Positions 1 to 12,904 of a stretch of 64,000 bases of DNA are shown piece by piece. The position numbers were made by a program, and so were the translations under genes. The first letter of the stretch is position 1; the number at the start of each line of letters is the position of its first letter. The DNA comes from Laetmonice hystrix (Eukaryota), in contig OZ249439.1 of NCBI GenBank assembly GCA_965235115.1, positions 12,524,001 through 12,588,000 on the forward strand, read 5' to 3'. The notes below the pieces were generated by a model. It did not search any database, was not told the DNA's origin, and was given only the letters and a program-made list of their open reading frames with translations.

Positions 1-60
1 GTATCAGTGCAAGACCTGACAGTTTGGCACCTGCTGATGGGGTGGTGGTGAGGGCAACAC
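1..60 (-). CDS. Candidate exon running off the left window edge; peptide (G)VALTTTPSAGAKLSGLALI, resembling a GPI-signal or membrane C-terminus
   Basis: Minus-strand acceptor ttatctgttgtcag ends at 61. The phase-1 frame is open to the window edge and is phase-compatible with the 2647-2691 exon. Small residues (S-A-G) are followed by a hydrophobic run. No homolog recognised. Confidence 0.33.
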
Positions 61-2646
61 CTGACAACAGATAACCTCTGCTATTAGACGTCATAACTCT
101 GCTCTGATTGGTCAAGTGGTGGTTAGAGGGTCACAGGCTTGTGGGGTGGGGCAGAGGTCACCTGACTGATACATAAGTGATATGAAAGTGCTGGCCAGAA
201 CGAACCCAGTGACATCTGGAGCTCAACTCAGGGCATGCCTATCAAAACGACCAGAGTCGGGTTCATTGTTAGACACAAACAGGCCGCCAGAAAGGTTTAA
301 CGGCGCAAACACACCTGAACCCCCCCCCCCCCCCCCCAACAAACATCAGACACATGCCAGAGGCACTTCATCTGGTAAGGGACCAGCTTTAGAAGTCTTT
401 GAACAATAAAGAAATTAAAGATTGCAAGCGGTTCCAACTGGTTCTATAGCTTAAGGATATATATGAGTAAAACTTTCGTATAACAATAAACGGGCATTAA
501 AAACTCAACACTGTTTTAGTATCAAGTATTATAACATATAAGTTCACATAGCATCATATATCCCTTCACACAATCAATTTCAATTCAGAAAACGCTAAGA
601 AAAATACCATACATGTCCTATGCCTTTTTTCCGGCCTTCGTGCCAGTCATGAAAACGACTTCAAATGTTGTCCAACAAATGAAATTAACAGAACTAATAA
701 TAAATATAATCAATAAATAATATGCTCGACTCTTGCAAAGGTGTCAAAATCGGTTCCAACAGATGAAGTTTCTTCAGTTCCATGTCACTCCACATAATAG
801 TTTCTCAGTGAGCAAAAAAAACATGAAAGGATGTAGGCTTTTGGAAAGAAATGAAAGCCTGCAGCTTTGATCGAAGAAAGCTAAATTTCTGGATATGGTT
901 TGACTTTTGATACTTTGAAGTAGACGACTTAAGTTCACCAAAAGAGCAACGAATGGATGTCCGTGTGAAGTTTTTTGTCTGTTGTATAAAATCAAATTCT
1001 ATACGACGTGTCCACACCTCACACCTGACATGAATGTACACTGATGGTACATGAGGACTTCTTCACGTTTTCCAACAAGGATCATATCACCATTCACTGA
1101 AATATTGTCATGTGATCTCAAGCTGAATATGCGCAGTGAAAGAGGTCAGATCTACGGTGTCCCACATGGTTTATGTGGAGCAAACTGTGGATACTATCCC
1201 TGTCTGGCGTCACGTGACCTTGACAAGACTGAGGTCGACAGATGCAATCAAGAAACATTTTCCCTCAATTGTTGTCCTGTTATTATTCAAACGTCTCTTG
1301 CGGGAAGGGGAGCCGGGTGGGGGTGGGGGTGCGTCTCACATAATGGTTACTGACAGGCCTGGGTAACTGGCCTGGGTAAATCTGCACCATGGGACCATAA
1401 TTGAACAAAATGTCACGACTGAAATGCTGAGTGCAATCCTTTATTCGCCAGACACAGATGTCATGACGACCGTCCATCGTAACAAATGGCGCTGGACAAT
1501 CAACACATGGCGTTAACTGACCACAATGCGGTAAAATCAATACGAAGGACCCTTTTTTACTAATTACAAATCACCTTGGCTTGAGTTTTTGATATTTTCC
1601 TCCTTATTTTTCCACTTCTCTTCTTGAATATTCTTCTTTGATTTTAGTCTTGCATATTTAAAAAAATGAAAATGAACTGCAAGCAAAATTGGGATATAGC
1701 CAAAGTTGTCTTTCTTTTAATTATTGCAGGTTACCTCTGCAACAAAATGACGGAAGAAAAACGTTTTCAGCTTGAATCAGAAACCTTCATATGAATCCCG
1801 GTTTAAGCTGTGGTCAAAAACAGGGCGATGCTTCTTTTGTGTCGTTCCAAAAAGAACTGACTCCATAGGTATTCTTGCAATGAAAGTGAGATCGATTTCA
1901 CGATCGTGTAAATCTAACTGGCCGGTATTGTGCCTAAAGAATAGTGTGTTATCTCTCTGAACCGAAAAAGTTGTCAGAAATTGAATGGTTAAAATGACTC
2001 TTCCCCACAGCTGGGCTGACTTAAAGGCAGCTGTCTTATTTCCGCTCCACTCAAGCTTAGTCTACAATAAACACAGCCCTGCTCCCGTGTCAATCAATAC
2101 TCCCAGCGTGTGGCCACCAAAATGAAAACTCCCATAGGTTATGTGAAGAATGAAATGCTTCATCATGCTCAAAATTGAGCATTCCACCCTTTCAACACAC
2201 TCACCGGGTGTATTCCGTGGCCAATGAGCCGACGCCTTATGTATTGATTAGGTTACAGGCGTCTGGGCGCTTTCACGCCCGACATCTTTCCGGTGACATT
2301 TCATAGATACGCCACAACCTGCTGCACAAGTTTTCATTGATACCCAACCACCTAAAGCCACAGAACCATGGCCACAGTCGAACCAGACAGTCTGAGCACC
2401 ATATTTAAATACATTTTTAAGCATTTATTTTTACAAACCATATATGGGCCGATATTTACACACCAGAATCTTTCATGAGCGGAGAGGGCTGCTTAACCTA
2501 GCTGTTCACCCATGAGCCCAAGATATCTCCCACCAAGATTATACCGTATAGCTGGGTATGTGTGTATATAGACCCAAAGAAATAACCCCGTATATATTTA
2601 ACAAATAAAGACTAAATAAAGAATAAAGATTAACAGATATACTGAC

Positions 2647-2691
2647 CGTCTCCACTAAAGTCCTTTGCAGGGGGTTCAGACCTCCTCAAAC
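2647..2691 (-). CDS. Candidate 45-nt symmetric phase-1 exon; peptide (G)LRRSEPPAKDFSGD(G)
   Basis: Acceptor cactttattgctctacttacag and donor ACG|gtcagt. Length is a multiple of 3 and only one of the three frames is open. Confidence 0.45.
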
Positions 2692-2826
2692 CTGTAAGTA
2701 GAGCAATAAAGTGTGCTTGTAATGTAACAGCCAGCAAAGCGTTTGCAGTAAATTATAGGCCACCTTCGACCTGGTAGGGGGTCGGTAACTCCACAGATAT
2801 TTGGAGGCATAGTTTAAATAATTGTA

Positions 2827-2995
2827 CAGGGCCGTAGCCTGCGGGGGGGGGGGGGGGGGGCAACTGCCCCCTGGGATTTCCAGTTTTATAATTATTATTG
2901 GGCATGAATCCTAATATTGACACTGGAATTGACACCTGTTACATGCATATGGCACTGTCCCTCCTTGCGTATTTGAGCCAGACTATACGGCCCTG
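2827..2995. mobile_element. Small non-autonomous DNA transposon (MITE, PIF/Harbinger-like)
   Basis: 10-bp terminal inverted repeat cagggccgta ... tacggccctg with an internal G18 run followed by caactgcccc. Flanks gta/ata are only an imperfect 3-bp duplication. Superfamily is inferred. Confidence 0.4.
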
Positions 2996-3566
2996 ATATA
3001 GATCATAGTCAGATTATGTACAAATTGATTTGAGGCAATTAGATGATATCGATTGGATTATGCCCACGTCAAGGACCTGCGCTGGTATAGATTAGGGATC
3101 GGTTTCTGTATATCTCGTTAGTTTCAGCTTAGGGGCACAGAAGGTGCTCGCGGAATCGGATCAAACTTCGGCATATATAGCCTAGTCGGATTACAAGCAC
3201 GTCAATTTAGGAGCCGTTTATAGTAAATTTTGGATCGCCTTCTCTGTGCCAATTCTAGAGATATTTTTCAAAATACATGAAACATAATAACACGTAATAT
3301 CATAATATGATTATCTGATGGAATATTTCGGGGGGAAAACACTGAGTACCATGAGCTCGTATAACATTTCACTCCACATATTTTCCTGATGCGCTTTATA
3401 TAATTCCATGAGAACACCTTTGATATAAAATCTATTCACAGAAATCCAGCATAACCACTGACACAAAGTCACCTTTGAAGCTTCCGCAAAACTGCTTGTA
3501 AGTAATTTCGGCACGGTTGCTGGGGGAAATACCGGTACTGCATGTCTATCCAAACTGTATACAAAA

Positions 3567-3750
3567 ACTATAGGCAGTAATGGCCCTGATGTGTGAACTA
3601 TAGGCAGTAATTGCCCTGATATGTGAACTATAGGCAGTAATTCCCTGATATGTGAACTATAGGCAGTCATGGCCCTGATATGCATGTGAATAGGCAGTAA
3701 TTGCCCTGATGTGTGAACTGTAGGCAGTAATTGCCCTGATATGTGAACTA
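3567..3750. repeat. Minisatellite, about 30-bp unit, about 6 copies
   Basis: Unit actataggcagtaattgccctgatatgtga repeated with small indels (one 29-bp unit and one with a gcat insertion). It explains the repetitive part of ORF 3311..3685. Confidence 0.95.
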
Positions 3751-4329
3751 AAGCCGGTCACTGCACGATTTCCACGATTCCTTCTGATTTCGCCGGTGTA
3801 ATGCTACCACGGAATCACTACATGCACGCTTTCACAGCGCCTGGAGAACTCGTCAAAGAATAGGTCAAATGCCCTTAGTAATTAAAAAAAGGTTAAAGTT
3901 GGAAATTATTCAAACTGCTCCGGTTTACCTTCAATTCTGTGTAAGTGACAGAGCTGCTTTAACATGACACCACGGACCCGGCTAGCTGTGTCAAGGTTTG
4001 ACAAATTATATGTGCTATTCTACACGGATCCAATTCTTGCCCCCTATTACAGGGGTCTTTACCCATTATGAGAGTAGCCTCTTTCCTTTGAATAATTTAA
4101 CATGAAGATAAGGGTTACCTGTCCCCTCACCCTGAATAGTGCTTGATTCTGATGCTTAGTGTCGGGATCAATCTCTCCAGTCAGTAAAAATAATTAAAAT
4201 CCATGCATTAGCTTGGAGATAATACGACATGAAGATGGGCAGGTTGGTAAACGGCCTCAGTGGTTGTCAGTATACTACTTGAGTCTGTGGTCGTTCTAGA
4301 CACCAGATCCTGGTTGTGTGGGGATCAGT

Positions 4330-4560
4330 GAGATGTGACATATGCCGTTACGTGGCATCCGGTCTATGACATAGCAATTACTCTGCGGCACCTCGGCCTC
4401 GGCCAAATGCCTCGGTGCTTTTCCATTACCGGTGTTATCAGCGGCGGAGCCTGCAGCCGTGTGCTTGTACACGCGGGCGATAACTGGCCGCCCGTATAAA
4501 TACCTCGTCCTTCACCATGTCGGTGGGCGCGGTGGGCGCGGTGGGCGCATGGAGTCATGG
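4330..4560 (+). promoter_or_regulatory. CpG-rich, promoter-like segment with a TATA box
   Basis: Local CpG enrichment, TATAAATA at 4495-4502, GATA-type sites (ttatca, gataac) and a (ggtgggcgc)x3 GC-box-like repeat just downstream. No transcript evidence. Confidence 0.3.
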
Positions 4561-4791
4561 CAGAACGAGGCGACAATGTCCAGGGTCCAGTATCCCACTA
4601 TTATGTATGTTCCTACTGTATCCACCAGTATCCAGCTTTGTTGAGGTTACTTTATACACCCCATCCTACTCCCAGCACCACAGTAACATCACCACCCAGT
4701 CCACCCAGTAATAGGATCCCAACCATCTTTGATGTATTTCAGTGATACATAATTGAGAGCCGCTTTTTCTGGTTTAGTCTGTCCCAGACTT

Positions 4792-5121
4792 CAGTAATTG
4801 GTTGTATACTAGAGATATACCTGCAACCATGGCGCTGTATAATGCCAATGGTGTTCTCAGTAATTGGTTGTATACTAGAGATATACCTGCAACCATGGCG
4901 CTGTATAATGTGAATGGTGTTCTCAGTAATTGGTTGTATACTAGAGATATACCTGCAACCATGGCGCTGTATAATGTGAATGGTGTTCTCAGTAATTGGT
5001 TGTATACTAGAGATATACATGCAACCATGGCGCTGTATAATGTCAATGGTGTTCTCAGTAATTGGTTGTATACTAGAGATATACATGCAACCATGGCGCT
5101 GTATAATGTCAATGGTGTTCT
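4792..5121. repeat. Minisatellite, 66-bp unit, 5 near-identical copies
   Basis: Unit cagtaattggttgtatactagagatatacctgcaaccatggcgctgtataatgtcaatggtgttct. It produces the 22-aa periodic ORFs at 4739, 4774 and 4802. Confidence 0.97.
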
Positions 5122-8100
5122 TTGATGGTGTTCTACTGTCCTGACCTCAAAGTCTTAACATAATTTGCTCCTGTTATCTTGCCAATTCTTGCTTCATGCT
5201 CGATTGATGTGACACAGAGAGCTTGTGCTTCACAATTTATGCCCTTCTAAATTACACAGCATTCATTCATCGATCAGAAAATCCGCTAAAAGCATGCAAA
5301 GAAAGGAACCTTATCAACATTGATAGGCAAATCTGAGGGTTATTAATGTTCACGGTGCACTGTTACCACCTAATCATACGATCGCCAACCACACCTGCCT
5401 ATGAGCATGCATGTGTGTACACTGATCATACTGGGTATACCTGACTGTCCTTACAGTAATCAATGTGACATACTACCAGTACTCATGACATACCGGTCAG
5501 CCTGTCAGCGACTTGCTAACCATGCCGTGCTAATAAAATACCAGTTCGGTGTCCATGGGAGAAATAAATGTCGAACTGATGTCACCTTGCTAATTCTTAC
5601 AACGACCAATGATTTGCTACAGTATGCCATGTAGATAATTACTTCATTTTTTTATTGACAGATTTCACTAATCGAGATAAGCCCCTATATGACATCAGTA
5701 GAGTGATTCCTTCCGGCCTAAAGATTTTTACGTTGGGTATACGCCAGTAAGATGATTTCTACAGAGTCGACCCATAATTATACAGCTACAACTTAGACCT
5801 ATATGATACGGCAACAGGGCACCGACGGCATGCACTACTCATTGTGGCAGTCTTCCCGCTGAAGGAGGTCCATCATACGGCTGTCGATAATCCACCATGC
5901 AGAGGTTATGCCAGGATCTCATGATGTCGCCCCGTTGTTGGACATCTTGTTATAACGTGAGGTCAAGTGGATAAACCATGGCCAACAGGCCAGCTGTATG
6001 AGCTGATACTATTAGTGTCATTCTACGAACCTAAATAATCCACTCCTCAAACAATGCCATTCTGACCACTTTCTCCTATATATAATCACTTGACATATTT
6101 TTTTATCTCTAAATGCCGACCATATTCAGTCTATAAATCCAAACATTAATTATATCACTATCATACTTAAAGATATCATTACACAGACGTTTCAGCTTGG
6201 GCTGTAAGCCATCCCAACATTTCTTTTGCGTCTGCATATTAGGAAATATATTCGATACAGCTGCATTTCAAATTGGAATCTGGAAACTAGTTCAATGAAT
6301 TAACACACTAATGGTTGCTTGACAGCTTCATACACTGAAAAACTGAGAGAGTTGTTCTTACTTTCAATGCTAGATGCTATGGAATCATAAATAACATTTT
6401 CTTCCCCCGAGTTGTGATATAGAAAATAGAAGCAAATGGAAAATAACTCTTCGAATGAAGAACTGCCAGTTTTGACGGAGAAATTTTGATGTGTCATTAC
6501 AGAGTTAAGAATTATATTGCACAACATCTAAATAGAAGAATCTATAATCGCACATTACCACAATATCAAACTGGTATTTAGCTCAGCCCACAACGCTAGT
6601 ATTAGTACTTGTGCTTACCAGCTTACACCATTGTTCCAGTCAGACATTTACAAGTTATCAATGATCCCTCTCTTTCATTCATGATCCAAATATGATCTGA
6701 TAATGGCCGTTTATTTTCCTCTGCAGATGACACCATTTACTTAATATTTGAGTGATAATTCTCTCATGAAACCAATAGGCCTATATCAACCTACATATTA
6801 TACCAACCAACCTTTAAATATTGTCTATCCCCAACAATGCATACTAACGACATTAACCGTAGTGTGCAGCACTAAGTGGGTCAGTTCAATTAATGGATTT
6901 CACTCTAGTTTTTTTAATGCATCCTTCACACTGGGTCCCGTAATCCATCCATGTCTCCTTGATTTTATGCGCCAAGTATGGCAATTAGTTGGCCTTCACC
7001 CCAAAAGTCTAAACGACAATATTCTAACGGTAAACCTGACAGCGACCGGCCTAATATAGACTGATCCTTCCCAAGCTCCCCCAGCTACATGTCGATCGGC
7101 ACTGCTCGATAAAACCACTCAATCTACATGATAAATCCATTATCTCTCCACTGCTCCCTTTAATTAACTGAACATCATTTACATGCAAACGGTATTCCTG
7201 AATATACTTCTTTATATGTGTTCTCGAATCGCCGGTCTTCCGTATAGCTCGTCAAGAATTAGTAGTCTGGACAAGTCCATTGGTCTGTGGGCTCAACTAG
7301 GATTTCCCGCTACGGCAGCTATAGAGAGGAACAAAGTTACTTGGTCTGTGCTGATGAATTGTTAACACGACCCGAGTAATCTCCTCGGACCATTCTTACA
7401 CGGAGTGTCCCAGGGGACCTCGATCTGGGACATATATGGTAACTACACTTGCGGCCACTGATGAATCTGTTCACTGATTGAATTTTTGGTGACGGGTTTC
7501 AGATCGAGAAAAAGCCACGTTTTGATTACACGCCTACTGTGCAAGGATTGAATAATGATCATTGTGGGTAGCGTTAATCCCTCCTCAGTGGATCGTTCCC
7601 TTTCTTACACATTCCATCATAGAAAGCGGCGTATTGCACGGTATATCTCTACATCATCAGATCATGCTGGTAGAGGTCCAATTCCAATATCAATCTCCAA
7701 TGTCAACAGTATGAAAACCAACACAGTGGAATGGGATTCCTTCCGAGGAAGCTGCACGTATACAACCCAGTATCGCATGCAACATATTTACTCTGGCTGA
7801 ACTGTAACTGGCAAATGACTTATGTAACCGAGTATAGAAGGTTTTGGGGGATTTATTCCAGGCTTTCATTTCTATAAATGTAGGACAGAAATATCTGACA
7901 ACCTCCTATCCAGTTTAGTTCATAAAGATTTCTTGCATTGTCTTTCCACAGCCACCTTTGTTTGTCCTCGTGTTGCTGCCGACGTAACTGAAATGCCGTC
8001 TTTGTTATTTAATAACCTATCTATTTCTTCACCAGCAGCTCTCAACTAGCGCCGCGTAGTCGGGACGGAGAGAGTATCTATACCGAGAACGCAGTCCCCC

Positions 8101-10385
8101 TACCAGGAAATCTTTAAAACCGATAAGGCCATCTCTGGAGGCGCCGTTAACGTATGACTTGTCATGTCAAATATTAACATTGCCCAGTTAAGTGATCCAA
8201 TCTATGGGCCCATTTCAGTCGTCTTGGCTTTAATTACACAGCCATCTGCAGCCGCAGATTTCCTTGTTTGTCCACGGGCGTGAGAAATGGGGTGGTGAAT
8301 AGGGACGAAATATGTACGGGTGCCCCAATCACGGGAGCATTGTTGTTGTCTACACAGCCCTTGTAGTAAAAGAAGGAGGAGTGATGTATGGTAACTAGCA
8401 AACATACACCCAGCTTGTTCATTAGACTTAACCAATAAATCAGTCCGGAGGAGACATCAGTGCGAGCCACACTTTCAGCCCCTTGGTTTTACAAGGTGAG
8501 CTACATTCACCAGCCACGTTTACAGGATGTTGCTCTGACGTTAGAGCAACATTTAATGATTGAGATCTCGACCACTGTTCTGACAACATTATCGACAACA
8601 TGCCTTCGATTGATCATTTCAAAATACTGTATTCTACGATCGGGGGGGGGGGGATAATCAGACTCCGGGGATATTGATTACTACTTTAGTGTTTTGAGGT
8701 TATCTTAGAAACTCCGCACCACGCATCATTAAATGGTCTAGTCAGGAGGGCGGCAGGAGGCGGGCTAACCCACTGGGATAATCTACTCCGCCTATGGTAC
8801 CCTACCCCGTCTGGGGTAACTCAACACCCGCTGCCTGTCAGAGACACCCACCGTGAACTGCCCGCCCCCGACCACCACCTTCCAATCCATCCCGACTAAT
8901 GGCTTAATGAACAACTTGATCCGTTGAGAGCATGCGTCAAACAAGTCAAAAGTTAAAACACCCTTTCCTAATTTTGTACACCACGAACCTGTCACCCATA
9001 GTACAAGATACACCGGAAGTTAGGGGGCTCGTAAGAAAATAAGTATAAGACAGAGATTTCTTGAACTGGTTGACCATTGTTTCCATGTCTCAATGTCATA
9101 CAGACCTCTACATAGAGCCTTCCGTATACAATTCGGAACAGCCTGTCATAATCAATCATGTTTTCTATAATTTTCCGGTGAAAGACTAAAAGATCACAAT
9201 TACCATAACCTTTAAACTTTGGCGATCACAGATGTGAAAAGACAACATCACCCGGAGGTCCGGCTTTCGATCCTGACAGAATGGTTTCACAGAGAAGGTC
9301 GGCTCTGAACAAAAATACCTCGTCTCCCACTTTTGGAATATGTTACTTTTGATTTCAGCTTAGATATAATCATTCGTTTTGATTTCCTACCACAAATTTC
9401 TGCTGTCGTGGAGCATGAGTCTTGATAATAAGGAATCGACTCTCTTTGTTCGGCTTATATAACGAGGTTCTCTTGAAAACACATTTAATAAATTTAAATA
9501 AAAAATCATGCTAGAACATGTGTCGTTAGGGACCAGTAAGCCTCTCACGCGCGTACCAACACAACGATCTTGTGTGGTTCATTCGTATTCAAAGCTAACA
9601 GAATCAATTTCCCACTTTCTCTGAGAAGCTGAGGTGCTTTCGTAATGTTGTTAGTTAGAGTTAACTCGGTGCGGGATTTGAAAGCTAGTGCAATGCTTGA
9701 AGCTGTTGAAAAGCGTAAAAATGAGTACCGTACAGAGAAAAATCAAATACAAGTAAAAAAGGAATGTCAAAACATTAATGATCACAAGTATCTCTCAACT
9801 TCCCTGCTGCAATCTGCTTCCAACAAAAGACATTCACTGAGTTAACTTTTCTCAGGGAAACACGCTTCTAACGAAACTCAATCTAAAGTGATGATTTGCC
9901 ATGCGCCCAGCTTGAAATTTTCAATAATAAAACATGTTTCATCACCAGTAGAAAGGAATTGTTAAATTTACTTGAAATTTGTCAACAATTCATTTCAATT
10001 TCGTTTTTCATGTCATGTTAATTTCTTTAAATAAAATGAAACTAGAAGTTCTCAACACTTTTCCTTGGTGATACCTACAGGCATGCGGCTTTAAAGAAAA
10101 TGTGTATCAATTTCTTAGTAGTAGTACTCTTGTCATCCGAGACACGAAAAACATGACCCAGCAACAAGTGGCAAAGGTGACTATGAAAGACATACCAAAC
10201 TATATGGTGACTTGATTTGACACGTCACAGACGACCGCATAACCTTCCTGTCGCCTTCACTCCAAGAACGACTTGCTATCATCGCCGTGCCAGACAGGTT
10301 AATTGGAAGCAGTACCGTTTGTAGACAGAATTAAAGGCTGTCAAACGGTGTACGTACCGTCGTGGGCCTCTATTTTTCAAAGTTT

Positions 10386-10445
10386 CCATGTTGGAACCCC
10401 CCCCCCCCCCGACTTTCCGCGAAAAAAAAATCCTGAATCCGGCCT
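10386..10445. mobile_element. Probable truncated end of a Harbinger-type MITE
   Basis: A poly-C run followed by aaaaaaatcctgaatccggcct, resembling the common ...aaatcctggatccgcc terminus of invertebrate Harbinger MITEs (recalled, not searched). No matching other end was found. Confidence 0.25.
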
Positions 10446-10983
10446 ATAGCTCAGCTCTCACGTTTTTTTTACCAGCAGTCTGCACCTTTCTCTTCTATAC
10501 TCTTCGTGCAATGATTCAGCAGCAGCAGCTGTTAGCACTCACAACCTCTGGCAGACCATATCAATATAACACTCATTAGATAGCTCCCAGTCACTGATAC
10601 TACACCTCACATTAGACTGTACGCAGTGCTAAGCTTGATAAATGCTCTGGTAGTTTACGAATGCCACATGAGGTCATGAGACGCCAATTAAACCTCGGTC
10701 TACCCGTGTACATTTTATCAACGTATGCGCGTTGAAGAAAACACAAACTATCACGTGGCACACGAAGAGTTATTGCCATTGAGACATGCCTTCCTACAGG
10801 GGTCTTTACCTCTCAATTAAAAGTCAGCTGCACGTGGCGAGGTTATCGGCTGAGTGTGGCAGGACAATCTCCAGTGTCATACCGTTACCCGTGGGTACAT
10901 GTTGGCAACACTGTGCTGATAGATGGAGACGTTGGGTGGCTTCATCCTGCCATCAATCACCTATAGCTCCCCGCTCTCCACAT

Positions 10984-11037
10984 CCCAACCCATCACTCCC
11001 GCCCTCCCTATCCCTCACACCCCAACCCCACCCACCC
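10984..11037 (-). other. Potential G-quadruplex / i-motif tract
   Basis: Ten C3-C4 tracts with 1-6 nt spacers on the + strand, giving G3+N1-7 runs on the minus strand. Confidence 0.6.
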
Positions 11038-12346
11038 AGTATCTCAATGTTTCTATCTACTCTCATATGCTACTTTATGGCCGCACCGCAAGGCGAGAAA
11101 TCAAACACCTGTGTTATGTCGTCTTGTTCTGGTCATACTCGTCCTACAATCAACCTTGTTTTTAGAAGATTAACTTCGCTTTGTGACTTTAAGGATTTCA
11201 TCAAAGAAGGCTGTTAAAACCAATTAACTTTTTTCTTTTCCTGATTTGGTTTTCAATCTATGTATTTTATTTCGCGATGAAAGCAGAGTTTAGCTATAGG
11301 GCGGAAACATTCATGGAAGCATGCAGTTCAGAAGGTCAAAGACTACGGTTTCAATTAGCCAATATCTCCGATTTATATCACCTGCCCCAGTACATTCCAT
11401 CTCTTCCAAGGCAGCGCCATCTAAATGAAATACTTTTTCGCTTTGTTAAAAACACAAGAAAGCAATGTCCCATTTTATGAGAACACCCGTGGGCCAATCG
11501 TCCCCGGAATACGCCCACAGAGGAACATGCACCGCTGCACTTTGTGACTTTTTGTGCACTTTGTGACAGGCATGGTCACGGGACACTGCTAAACAGAAAT
11601 GGGATCTCGTGCAATAACGAAAAATATTATTTAGTTTTCAACCCAGATTAAATGGAAAATTAATAATATCCAAATATCATACACAATAACTCTGCAAAAG
11701 AATAATCCTACTGTTGCCAGCCATCGGTCGATCTGACTCTTCTGACCCGTTGAGTCGGTCAAAGGGTTGCCCATCGGTGGGGTTTAAAAAACAGGAGTTG
11801 CTTGCTTTCTAGGATTTCCACAAAGGTTATATACTATGCAGAAGGTGACTGATGACACAAGGGTTTTAAAGAAATGGCCTAAACAAATTCGATCATCGGT
11901 AAAACGACAAACGTGGGACGCCGAGGTGCATTTTAAAAAGGACAATAGCAGTATGGGGTTCAAACAATGAGGGAAATAAACAACGATATACGGTACCCTT
12001 AAAAAACGGCATCAGTGAAACAGCAAACTCAAAAAGACTGCAGAATGAATGATAAAAAACAAAACCAACGAAAGAAAATGACAAGGATGTGAACATGAAA
12101 AAATGGCCAATGGAATAACAAAATAAAAACTGCATCAGTAAAAATAAAAGCTCAAGGTAAATTGGATATTGGCTGATGTCAAGGCACTGCTGCATGCAGA
12201 TGCTGCTAAATTAAAAAAAGATATAAAATAAAAAACATAATTATATCAAAATAGACGAAAAGGGAACAAAATCCTATAAAAATTTTAAAAAAGATCCCGA
12301 CAAATTAATAACCCTACCGACGTAAAGTCGTTGAACCACGAGCTTT

Positions 12347-12904
12347 CATGACAGACCAGATTAGATACGGGAAGAGGTAGATAAGCTAACATAGGCCTAC
12401 CTCATACCTAAAACAGCACTGAGGGTGATACAGCTGTCACATACATGACAGACCAGATTAGATACGGGAAGAGGTAGGCCTACCTCATACCTAAAACAGC
12501 ACTGAGGGTGATACAGCTGTCACATACATGACAGACCAGATTAGATACGGGAAGAGGTAGATAAGCTAACATAGGCCTACCTCATACCTAAAACTGTACT
12601 GAGGGTGATACAGCTGTCACATACATGACAGACCAGATTAGATACGGGAAGAGGTAGCCCTACCTCATACCTAAAACTGTACTGAGGGTGATACAGCTGT
12701 CACATACATGACAGACCAGATTAGATACGGGAAGAGGTAGATAAGCTAACATAGGCCTACCTCATACCTAAAACTGTACTGAGGGTGATACAGCTGTCAC
12801 ATACATGACAGACCAGATTAGATACGGGAAGAGGTAGATAAGCTAACATAGGCCTACCTCATACCTAAAACAGCACTGAGGGTGATAAAGCTGTCACATA
12901 CATG
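12347..12904. repeat. Tandem array of 97-bp and 83-bp units in the order L-S-L-S-L-L (180-bp dimer)
   Basis: Unit starts (catgacagacc) at 12347, 12444, 12527, 12624, 12707 and 12804. Short units lack the 14-nt segment ataagctaacatag. Confidence 0.96.

Noticed and set aside
700-1990. Possible hAT transposase fragments (WSDMELKKLHLLEPILTPLQE; K/E-rich exon-like piece near 1575-1650)
   Set aside because: The motifs are short, broken by stops and not in the order expected for hAT. No TIRs were found.
4739-5125. Three overlapping 107-115 aa ORFs
   Set aside because: They are entirely explained by the 66-bp (22-codon) tandem repeat.
11890-12310. A-rich tract with weak HTH/pogo-like translation (KRQTWDAEV...YGTLKKR)
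   Set aside because: Many stops and low complexity; the similarity is too weak to support.
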